Below, in pieces: positions 13,332 through 24,038 of a stretch of 64,000 nt of DNA. Origin of the DNA: Narcine bancroftii. Lineage: Eukaryota. A program made the translations under genes and the position numbers. The notes beneath the pieces were generated by a model. That model did no database searches and was not told the DNA's origin. It worked only from the letters and a program-made list of their open reading frames with translations. The DNA is taken from contig NC_091471.1 in NCBI RefSeq assembly GCF_036971445.1, forward strand, positions 159,650,001 through 159,714,000. The letters run 5' to 3'. Each line of letters starts with the position of its first letter. Within the stretch, counting starts at the first letter, position 1.

Positions 13332-15409
13332 GGGATGGGAGGAGCGATCACCCTGGCGAAGGAAATAAAAGTCCGCGCCACGGTGGGTGATGGCCCTTCC
13401 CCTATATGGTTACATACCCTGGTGGCTGCCACTGACGAGTGCATCCTGGGTATTAATATGTTGGCCGGTACAGCCCTTAATACTAGCCAAGGGGGATTTG
13501 CATTTGGAATTCGGACTATTACAAAAAGACTAGTGGTGGGTCGGGCTAAGTGGGATCCTGTGATGGTGCCTCCCCCTCACCCCCCCCCCCCCGAAACCAG
13601 TATGCATTCCACAATATCACCTCCCTGGGGGGCAGGAAGAGATTACTGCCACCATCAATGCTTTTCAAGAAGAAGGGGTAGTGAGGCCCGCAACGTCGCC
13701 CTTTAATAGCCCTGTTTGGCCGGTTCAGAAGCCTGATGCCTCCTGGAGAATGACAGTTGACTATCGTTTTTTGAACAAACATGCCCCACCACTTGCTTCG
13801 GCAGTTCTGGACATTGTTACCCTTATTGAAAAGATTGCTACTGGGAAATCAAGAACATGGTATGCTGTCATTGATCTCGCTAATGCCTTCCTCATTATTC
13901 TTATACACGAGGTCTCACAGGATCAGTTCGCCTTTACCTGGAAGGGGCGTCAGTATACCTTCACACGCCTCCCTCAGGGCTATGTACACTCTCCCACTAT
14001 TTGCCATAGCCTAATTGCCCGTGATTTGGAGACGGTGCCAGTATCGCCTTCCCTTTCAATTCACCATTATATTGATGATGTGATGATCCAAGGGGCCACG
14101 GAGGAGATGGTACAGAAAGCAGAACAAGAGGAGTCCTGGTTTACTGATGGTAGCAGCCGGTGGGTGCAAGGAAAGCAGAAGTGGAAGGTGGTGGCTTACC
14201 ATCCCAGGTCAGGAACTCACTTATTGTAGGAGGGGGATGGTGGCTCCAGTCAGTATGCTGAGTTGAAGGCGATCACTTTACCACTCGACCCCCATGATTA
14301 CCCTCTTCGCTTGTTTACTGATTCCTGGGCTTTGGCTAATGGACTAGTGGTATGGATGCCTGATTGGCAAAAGAACGACTGGCTGATCCATGACCGCCCA
14401 GTATGGGGCAAACAGCTGTGGCAGCTGTTGTGGGATGCTTCCCATCATCGTGAGATAACCGTATATCACGTTGATGCCCATACCAATGCAACGATGAACA
14501 TGGCACAACATAATGCAGTAGCAGATCAGCTTGCCACTATCAGCCGCGCCGATACTGTCCCCCTGGATCGACGGGCACATGAACAGAGTGGCCATTTGGG
14601 GGAGAAGGGATCAGCTATGTGGGCACATACACATGCCTCACCCGTCCATCAGGACGATGTCCGCATGGTCGTGCGCACATGCCCAGCATGCCAGCTTGTG
14701 AAGTCCCGCATGGCCGAATAAGACAGGGTGCTCGCTCATCTGCGGTCTGGCAAATTGATTACATAGGCCCTATGCCAGTCTGTATGGGTAAACGTTACAT
14801 CCTTGTTATGGTTGACACCTTTTCAGGCCTGGTTTTTGCTTTTCCCACTAAGACGGCTGACCAAGCTAGCACTATCCAAGGACTAAACCATTTAATTTCT
14901 CGTTATGATGTACCAGAGGAAATTCAGTCTGATAATGGCTCGCACTTCTCCGGGAAGGCAATCTGTGTTTGGGCAGCTGACAACAGTATTTTATGGGTCC
15001 ACCATATTCCTTATTACCCGCAGGCTGCCGGGTTAGTTGAACGAATGAATGGCTTACTGAAGGAACAAATTCGTTTGTTAACACCACTGGGGACCCTGAA
15101 GGGGTGGTGCCATGTGCTGGAGCAGGCAGTCGACAATTTGAATCATAGCCTTTTGAAGGGAGGTACACCTTTCCACCGACTTCTTCACACTTTTGAACTA
15201 CAGCCTATTCCTGAGGAAAACAGTCATTGCCCCCCATTCTCGAGCCAGAGAATGCCGGACAAAAGGGATGGGTGGCACCAACAGGTAATGGCCCTCCTGT
15301 AAAAGTTGAAATAGTGACACCTGCCCAGGGTAACACTCGGTGGGTAGCTATTGAGGGACAGGATAGTTTAGTTTGTTTAAATACTGAATGCTTATGGCAT
15401 CTTGAGTGA
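13332..15409 (+). pseudogene. pol: ERV protease C-half, RT (internally deleted), RNase H and integrase
   Basis: RT YIDD; RNase H WFTDGSS and FTDSWA; integrase HHCC, WQIDYIGP, SDNG, VERMNGLLK; several frameshifts and stops. Confidence 0.92.
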
Positions 15410-15434
15410 CATATGTCAGGCTTCTCTGTTCCAG

Positions 15435-15795
15435 GTCCTCCGTCTTGCACTCCTGCTGATCTGGCTTAACCGCTGCTTTGATGCCAGCAATTGGATTTGT
15501 AATGTAGAGGATGTTCTGAGGGAGTTGCCCGTGGGGGACACGGCCTGATGTATCCATTAATATATCTGATATTGTTAAGCATGTTTCAAAATCTGTTTGT
15601 GAGCTTCAGTATCTGGGTATTGTGGCCCACAAGGATAGTTTGAATCCTCTTTCATGGTTAGCTGGTACATTTGGGGGATTGGGCCACATTATTCTCCGTT
15701 GGTTGCTCACATTATTGCTTATTTTTGTGCTTTATTATAGTTTTAGTTTCTCTTTTTCACTCCTTCTGTACTCAAATGCTTATAAGGTCTCATAA
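15435..15795 (+). pseudogene. env: ERV env remnant (signal-peptide-like start, N-glycosylation site, transmembrane anchor)
   Basis: After acceptor cttctctgttccag it reads VLRLALLLIWLNRCFDAS..; a one-base shift in the G5 run at 15533-15537 gives ..INISD..NPLSWLAGTFGGLGHIILRWLLTLLLIFVLYY.. Confidence 0.65.
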
Positions 15796-15822
15796 GTGAC
15801 AGGCCGCGAACAAGGGTTGGAA

Positions 15823-16411
15823 TGTAATGGAAGATTTAAACCGTGTTTCTTACTTTTGCAGCCTTTGCTTCTGCAAGGCTGAGAACCTGCTTGTTGTATA
15901 TGAATTAGTAGACATTATCTAAATTTACACCATGAAGGCCAGAGATGCAGTTGTCTTTTGTTGGTCGCAGACTGCCAGGAGACCTTGAAGATAATTAAAT
16001 CAATTGTTCCAAGAGATAAGATCTGAAGTAAACAACTTTTGGGTAATATAAGCCATGGTCCCACTGCTGAAGTTTGAGACTCTCCAAGAGGTGGCAACAT
16101 CTCTCAGCAAGAAGAACTTCAAGAGTCCAGCTAACGTCCCGGTCGAGGGAGGTGGAGAAGCTGCTACCGGCGCCCCGACAGCCTACTACAAGTGTGCAGT
16201 CGTTGCCTCGCTTCGGCAGTTGGGACCAGTCCAGACGTTGATAAGTATAATTGGGAAGGGCTTGCATATTGTAGTGTGAATTCAGCTTTCGATTTAGTAA
16301 TAAAGACTTGTATAAACTGAACTGTTCTCGGTGTGTGTGTCTAATTTCTTTCGGTAGCTCAAACACTGACCAATCTAAAACAAAGTGAGAGGTACAAGTT
16401 TACCCAAGACA
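15823..16411 (+). repeat. ERV 3' LTR
   Basis: About 17 substitutions and 4 indels versus the 5' LTR by manual comparison; preceded by purine-rich GAACAAGGGTTGGAA (PPT-like). Confidence 0.95.
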
Positions 16412-16416
16412 CTACC

Positions 16417-16600
16417 TTAGACAGCTGTAGAAGCATGGTCTTTGGATATATTTAAGGCAGAGAATGATAGGTATGTGAATTGCCAGGGTATCAAAGTTAT
16501 GGGGAGAAGGCATTGGAGTGGAGATGAGTGGGAGAATGGAATAGCTCATGATGGGGTGGTGGAGCAGTCTCGAAGGGCCAAACATCCTGCTTCTGCACCC
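16417..16600 (+). mobile_element. 3' tail of the CR1 split by the provirus
   Basis: Continues the CR1 C-terminal/3' UTR sequence directly after the second CTACC TSD. End approximate. Confidence 0.65.
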
Positions 16601-17399
16601 AACATCTTTTGGAAGTCACTGAAGCTAAGCTCCTTCCACCCCCACACAGAGATTCAGAACAATCAGTCCACATATTGATGTAGTTGGATTTTAGTCAGAT
16701 GGGAAATCCATTGGCCACAAAGGTCGGAATTTAAATTTACAGTTTTGGAGTGGTGTGAGTGGATTTTATAAGATTAATATGACTATTTTAAAATGGATGT
16801 ATTCAGTCTGCTTGACAGGTTTCAACAGCCAATCTCCTGGATGGATAAGAGGTGCTTTCAAAATGTTTCATTTTTTAATCCACCTGCACTTTGGAGTTTA
16901 ATTTATTCCCACAAGAGTTCTAATAAACTATGCTAAGGCACTATCTATATTCTCAAATAATATCATGTTTGGTACTACCCATAGCATTGATTTAATCATG
17001 GATTTTAAGTGTTTGGATAGTTATAGAGGTCTTACATTTTCTATTTGTAAAATAGAATAGTAGGCCATATTAGTGCATTTAATAAAAATTTATTCCATTT
17101 GATACATGGCACTGTGCATAGATAAATGCTACTGCATCTATCAAATTATAGACTGCCGAATAGCAACATCTTTTACCTACATCTCTGGATTTTCATGGAT
17201 GAAATGAAACAAGAATTTATTGTCATTTCCACAAGAACAATGTACAGATGGACTGAAATTCTTACTTGCTGCAACAGGCATGTAACTCTAATGGTATAAA
17301 TTAAATTAATACAACATGCCAGTACAGAAAAAATAATACTAAAGGATAAATAAATAAATATTCAGATACAATTAGTACGAATGACATTAGTATGCAGTG

Positions 17400-18302
17400 T
17401 TGCATTCAGATCTTTTGGTGGTCCCAGAGTCATTTATGATAATGGCTATGGAAGTATTGGGAGGTTCAAAAACCTGATGACATTCAAGAACATCTTGCAA
17501 TAGTTAAGATTTGGACTTCAGGCTTCTGGATTTACTGCCTGAAGATTGCAGTGAGGAGATTGTAGCCAAGCTAAAGGTGATTCTTTATGAAATTTTCTGC
17601 CTTCTTCAGGCAGCAGTTCACATGGGCGTTTTCAATTGGCGGGAAGTTTGTTCCTTAGATGGTCTTTTATAGGTTTCCACTTTTTACAGCCTCTGCTTTC
17701 ATGGCACTAAAATTACTAATCTAGACCAGGATGCAACCAGTATATTTTACATAGTACACCTGTTGAAATTTGATGGAGTATTCAATAACATGCCAAATCT
17801 CCCTGGATTTCTTAGAAAGTGGAGCTGTTGGCCTGCCTTCTTCATGACTGCCTGGTTCCAGAGGAGGTCCTCTGATATCTGGACCCGTATGAACCTGAAT
17901 GCACATCCTGTCAATGAAGATAGGTATATGCTCCTTTGGCCTCTCCTTCCTAAAATACACAAGAAAGTCTTGATGACGTTGAGTACAAGATCGTTGTTCT
18001 GGCATCACACATCCTACATTCTGGCTCGTCGTTTCCGCTATTTGGCCAAAGGCAGTGTTCTTAGCGAATTTATAGGTTATGTTGAAGCAGAACTTGGCTG
18101 CGCAATCCTGAGTGCATAGGGAACAGATCAGGGGAGAAAATGAGGTGCCCCCATGTTGAAAGTCAGCGTGGAGATGATGTTGCCAATGGGCACTGACTGG
18201 GGTCTGCTGATGAGGAAATTGAAGCTCCAGCTGTAAAGGGCGAACAGACACCAGATTTCCAAATTTGATCATCAGTTTTGTTGGTATGACTATGTTAAAC
18301 AA
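17400..18302 (-). mobile_element. Degraded Rex1/Babar-like LINE RT fragment
   Basis: FNIVIPTKL, SPLICSLCTQDC and KKAGQQLHFLR resemble Rex1-type RT. Boundaries approximate. Confidence 0.6.
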
Positions 18303-18568
18303 ATTGGTGGTACCCCTACATTGTCTAATTTACAAAATAACTGAAGCCAAAAGCATTCCACGTATTTAACTCACCATCATCTTCTTGGTTAATTCTTAAT
18401 ACTCTTCAAAACTGAGTAACCATTTACAAATAGTTCTACAATTTATGACAGATGAGCAGAACTTTCTCTTGTGATCCACATTTAATCATCAAGAATTATT
18501 TAACAAATGTATCTGTTTATTTGGCACTAATTCATTGCAATTGTTTGAAACTGATTTATTAAACTCAC

Positions 18569-18712
18569 CACCCAAAAGTAGCAACACCATGAGATCAGAA
18601 GCTGTTTTAAGCTCAGAGATATCATCTTCTTTATTGCTATCTACCATCTCTTCAACAAGCTCCAGCAGACAGTCCACTAATCCTGCATCAACTAGTTGTA
18701 GTTTGATGACAT
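18569..18712 (-). CDS. RAP1GDS1: RAP1GDS1 exon 8
   Basis: DVIKLQLVDAGLVDCLLELVEEMVDSNKEDDISELKTASDLMVLLLLG between tttcag and gtgagt; 144 nt. Confidence 0.95.
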
Positions 18713-20014
18713 CTGAAACAAAAGTTGTGTTGAAGTTATAGTCTTAGATAGAAGTTTTTTCAAATCGTATTCGATACTTTTTTTTTACTCTCTATACTTG
18801 GAGCAGAAAACCCATCTTCAGTTAAGAAAATATAACAGTTTGTTTCCGATTAATAGAGAAAAAAAAACTAAAATAAAAACTGGCCAAGCTGGGAAAAAGT
18901 AATCTTGCTTGGAAAATGATATCTTCAAGATTCAATCAAAGCAAGTGTTGGTAGCAAATCAACCCACAACTATTAATTTTGCTGTTCCCAAAATCAGGGT
19001 TCAGTTTCCTGCTTACCCACTACATTACAAGCCTGATATGAACACAGTCTAATACATAAATATACAATATTTTAAAATTTATTAATGAAGAAAAAGAAAA
19101 GCCTGATTAATGAATGTTTTGCATTTATAGGTTTAAATTCCTTTGAATACAAATATCCATAGATTTCAATTTCCTGAAGCAACTTGAAACTCCAAGAATA
19201 AAATAGGATTTTAAAAAAAAATTGAAATAATTTGACAGTATCGGTGGACTGCAGAAATCCATTATTCTTTAATGTACTGGAAAAAAAAAATAAATGAAAA
19301 GCAAGCAATTTTATGATTTCCTTCCAGGTTTTAAAAATTTTGATTCAACTGAAATAAGTCTCTCTATTTGTTTTTAAATGCTATTTTCAAACTTGATCCT
19401 CAATCACCCATCACACAAACACAGTAATTTTCAACGTTTTCAGATGACTCGACATTAAGCATTTCTATTAAATAATCAGTGGAAAAAATGTTGTGGGGCA
19501 ACTACTGTCCTATGTCTGTGCCACTGCCACATATATAACATTGTTCTTTTAAAAAGGAACACATTGACATTTCTTACAATAAAAATTTAATTCAAGTTCC
19601 GATAAGGTGTCATATTTAAATTTACTTTCGTCAACCAAAATAAGTCAAATTTATTACAGCCTAACTAATTTATGAATGGAAGATCAAGTCCATCTCAGCT
19701 GATTGTCACATTACTAAGGTACAGTGAGAAAATGTATTAAAAGTAGCATAACTATTAATAGCAGCCGAAACAGTTCAGAATACTCGGTGAGACCAGTTAG
19801 TCCGAAGCAAAGATCATGATAAAGGTAGGCCATTTGATCTATTTACAGTAACCTATCCAAAAACAAGAGAGACTACAGACATCTGGAAAACAGGAGGGAA
19901 CTCAGCAGGTAAGGCAACATCCATAAAAGGCAACAGTCAACGTTTCAGCCATAATCTTTCATCAGGATTCTTAATGTGCTATGAAGTTTCTAATTTTCAG
20001 CCACAAATCTAAAG

Positions 20015-20312
20015 GTCTCTACTGGGGGCAGATGGACAGACAGAGCTCAGGGAGACCTCTATATCAGGCATTAATTATTTGGAAATGCTAACAGGATTTC
20101 TAGCACAAACGTTTTTCTGTGCGAGGGAGGCTGACATTCATGTACTGCTGAGGTCTTAAATATTCTTCCTGTAACATGTTAGCCATTGAGACTTGGCACT
20201 GGTGCATTCAGAGGAGCATTTGGGTTACTGCCGCCTACCTGCCAGGACAAATCAACGTACAGACAGACCTGATGTCCAGGAAATTCAATGATAGCACTGA
20301 GTGGAGTCTGGG
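20015..20312 (+). mobile_element. DIRS-type retrotransposon RNase H fragment
   Basis: TGGRW..INYLEML and IWVTAAYLPGQINVQTDLMSR..EWSL motifs. Confidence 0.65.
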
Positions 20313-21160
20313 TAAGAAATATTATTGTTCAGGTGAAATAAAATCAGAGTCTTTTTCAATTTGTTCTCGTGGTTCAGCATTCTGGACAGCAATTTTCCCA
20401 TTGCCACTATTAACATCAAAAGCACATGAATCATTCTATCAATTACTGCATATGGGATTATCCTAACATGCAAAATGTAATTTACCTACACATTAAACAC
20501 TCCAGTTTCAAAACTGATCTTTCCCGATTTTGCAAAGTGGGAGTTGTTTTGGTGCGGGGTGGGGGGGAAGAGAAAGAGGGGCAGACTTGCACCTGGCAAA
20601 CATAAAAATATGGTCATCTATTTTTACATGGAAGATGCAAAGATACTTTTTCTACGCTAGCAAAACTTGACTGGCCCTAGATCTATGCCAAGAAATTTAA
20701 ATGCATTGAATTTATCCTATAATTGATGAAATGTCAGACTATAAATCTATTAAAACAGTTTGAATATTCGGATACATCTCGATGAACAAGTACAGCGGAA
20801 GATAAACTAATTAGCAAAAAAAAAAGAAAAGCAATTTTTAAACTATCTGAAACATTCTCGAAATTTGAAAAGGAAAACAAAATTGCACTTTTCCCTTAAC
20901 ATGGCATACCTCTGTTCATACAAATTATATAGTAGCTCTGACTGCACTGCTTTCACATTGTATCCAAGTCCAAAGATTGGTAGCGTAACTTCTCCAGAGA
21001 TTTTGTAACAAATTTGGTCATGAAACATCTATTCAGTACCACTTCAGGCAGCTTAGCTTCCAGAACGTTTAAAGTAATAGCAGTATATAGTGCCTGTCAT
21101 CACAGTGATGTTTGTTAAAGAGCTTGCATATGATTTAATGTTTCATGAAAGAAAACTCAC

Positions 21161-21286
21161 CATGTTCAGCCAATGGAGCCAAGACTTCAAAAATCATTTC
21201 TTTCTTCTCGTGTTCAGTTTGCTTTTTGAACAGTTTTACAAGCTCCTCTGCAATCTTTGTTGATGCAAACTGTTCTTTGCTGGACT
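21161..21286 (-). CDS. RAP1GDS1: RAP1GDS1 exon 7
   Basis: ESSKEQFASTKIAEELVKLFKKQTEHEKKEMIFEVLAPLAEH between tatttag and gtgagt; 126 nt. Confidence 0.95.
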
Positions 21287-22023
21287 CTAAATAAAAACAA
21301 AAATATACAAAGCTTTAAAAAACATCAGAAGAAAGATGTCTTAAAAGCAACAATTTTGACACAGATTACATTTTTTAAATATTAATAATGATAAAATTTC
21401 AACAAATTTCAGGTATTAGGCAGAACAAGCAAATTCCTCAATATTTAAAGCAATTTCTCTACATTTTAAATTCTACAACACAAAATCTTGTAATCTTTAT
21501 GCATTTTTATAAGAGACTCTATAAGTTCCTCCCAAAATAATGGAAGTGAAGTGAACAAAGACAGTAGTCAGTGTGAGTCAGTTTAACTGAAACTCCCATG
21601 TGAGCTTATAAGCACAACCCCCATGATACTTTGCTGCCCCCAGGACCATTGTGACTTCAGCCTGGAGGGCTGGCAAAGCTTTTAATGTCTCAGGGCTCTC
21701 AGCCCCACGCGAGCCTGCACCTCTGTGACCCGGTTCACTTGCAGATCGATGCAGCCCGCTACATGCCATTCCACCCCCCAGAACCAGTGTCAGGAAGTGA
21801 TGAGTACATTCTTTGTATAAAGTTTTTTTGTTTAGGTAGGTGACGCCTCTGTTGTGGGCATGCTACCGGCATCTGCTGCTCCAGGTTGACATGTGCCGGC
21901 TTGAGGCAGTCATTGATGAATGCTTCTTCCTGCCTCCAATGTCCAGTACACACATCATTCCTTTGCGTTGGAATACTTTATAAAGACCCTCATATGGTGG
22001 AGTTCAATATATCCCATGGGCAC

Positions 22024-22142
22024 AACTTGACTGGCCCTAGATCTATGCCAAGAAATTTAAATGCATTGAATTTATCCTATAATTGATGAAATGTCAGACT
22101 ATAAATCTATCAAAACAGTTTGAATATTCGGATACATCTCGA
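22024..22142 (+). repeat. 119-bp dispersed duplicate of 20664-20782
   Basis: Direct repeat, 1 mismatch, offset 1360 bp. Confidence 0.95.
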
Positions 22143-24038
22143 CAGTCCTTGAGCTCACTTGGGATGTAGGAGGCAATCAGACCATGGTGTGACAGGGACA
22201 GGTGCTAGGTACTGACTTTCTCCCGAAGTCACCGTCAGGAGAGCTGTTGGCAGTTCTTCCTGTCCTTGGGCCGGTGGTACAAATTCACTTGGGACCATAA
22301 GCGAGGCTCCATACACGAGTTTGGTGGAGGATGAGGCCAGATCTTCTTTTGGCACACTGAGGATTTCTAGAGGCATCCATGGCAATTAGTCAGTTCAATT
22401 GGGGCCACTGAGTTGAGCCATCAGGGCAGTTTTCAGTTGGCAGTGAAACCTCTTGACAAGGCCATTGGACTGAGATGTAATTGGGTGCTGAGGAGCTGGA
22501 ATAGTGCTGACCATAGTGTCGAGGTGAACTGTGCCCCTGTTCGAAGTTATGTCCATTGGCAGTCTGAAATGGGCCATCTAGTTCGCAATGAAGGCCCTGG
22601 TGCAGGACGTCGTGGATGTGTCCGAGAGTGGTACCGCCTCTGGCTATCTGGTAAAACTATCAACCATGGTGAACAGGTACATAGCATGTCTGGAGATCAG
22701 CGTGGACCAACAATGTTGATGTGAAAGTGGTTGAAATTCCTGTCTATCAAGGTAAATGACTGATGCGGCTCTGAATCTTGGAGGTCTGGCAGTGTATGCA
22801 AATTCTGGCCTAGTGGCTGACCAGTTTACAGAGGCCATGCCACATAAACTTGCGGTGACCAGCTGCATCGTAGCAATTATGGATGGGTGGACTAAGCCAT
22901 GAATGGTGTAGAACACATGACACCTCCAAACCACTGGTACGATGGATCTTGACTGTCCGGTGGATAGGTTGCAGAGATGCATAGCCCCAGAAGGTCCAAA
23001 CCTCGCGTCCTCCAGTTTGAGGCCTGAAATGGCAGTACGGTATCTTGGCGTCCTGCAGCTGCGCTGCTGCCAGAGCAGTATAATCGATCCCAGGAGCCAA
23101 AGAGCTAATTGATTGAATGGACGTATGGGAGAGTACATCTACCATAAGATTCCCCTTGCCTGCAATGTGCCTGATGATAGTGATGTATTCCAAGATATAG
23201 GAGATGCCTCTGTTGCCTTGCGGAGCACAGATCCGTCCTCTTAGCAAAGGCGAATGTCAGAGGCTTGTGGTCCGTGTAAACTGTGAAATCCCTCCCTTCC
23301 AGGAAGTACTGGAAATAGTGGATGGCAAGGTAAAAGATGAAGAATTCTCAGTTGAATGCACTATTTCTACTCTGGTGGCCTCAGCTGCCACCGAAAAAGG
23401 CAAGTGGCTTCCAAATCCTGTCGACCAGCTACTCCAGGACGCTTCCTATGGCAGTGTTTGACACATTGACCGTGAGGGCCATGGGCATATTGACTTTTGG
23501 GTGCACGAGTGTGGTGGCATTGGCCAATGCATCTTTCACTTTGTGAAAAGCTGCTGTCACCTCATTCCACTCCAGGTCCTTGGGCTGGTCAGAAAGTAGT
23601 TTGAAGAGTGACTGCATGATCCTGGCTGCCACTGGTAGATGATGGTAGAAAGTTACCATGCCTACAAATTCCTACAGCCCTCTAACTGTGGAAGGCCAGG
23701 CAAACCTGCGTACAGCTTCCGCCTTGGAAGGAAACGGCACTGCCCTTTGTCAGTCAATGCAGTGCTTGAGGAAATAGATTGTTTTAATACCAAACTGGCA
23801 TTTGGCAGGATTGACAGCCAGTCCGTATTCGCTAAGGCGCTGGCAGAGCTGATGCAGGTGTGTGCCATGTTCCTGATGGAGCAGATCCAAGCAAGGTAGT
23901 CGGCAGCAGTAGGCAGCAGAACCCCAGTGCTGATGGTAGTACCACCGTTTCTTCTCCAAGCTGTCCCCAGCTTTGTTAAACTTTCTCTCTAGAGCTGGAA
24001 CAACCCGGTCAATGGCTACATAGTTGATGGCAGGTCTT

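Larger units (their letters stand above)
3332..16411 (+). mobile_element. Class III (ERV-S/ERV-L-like) endogenous retrovirus provirus, defective
   Basis: Two ~97% identical LTRs, 5-bp TSD CTACC (3327-3331, 16412-16416), PBS, gag-pro-pol, env remnant and PPT. RT motifs WRMTVDYR, IDLANAF, LPQGY.HSP and YIDD are typical of class III ERVs. Confidence 0.93.

Noticed and set aside
1-18568. RAP1GDS1 exon 9 and later
   Set aside because: No matching exon found by eye; the region is mostly nested repeats, so the exon probably lies outside the window.
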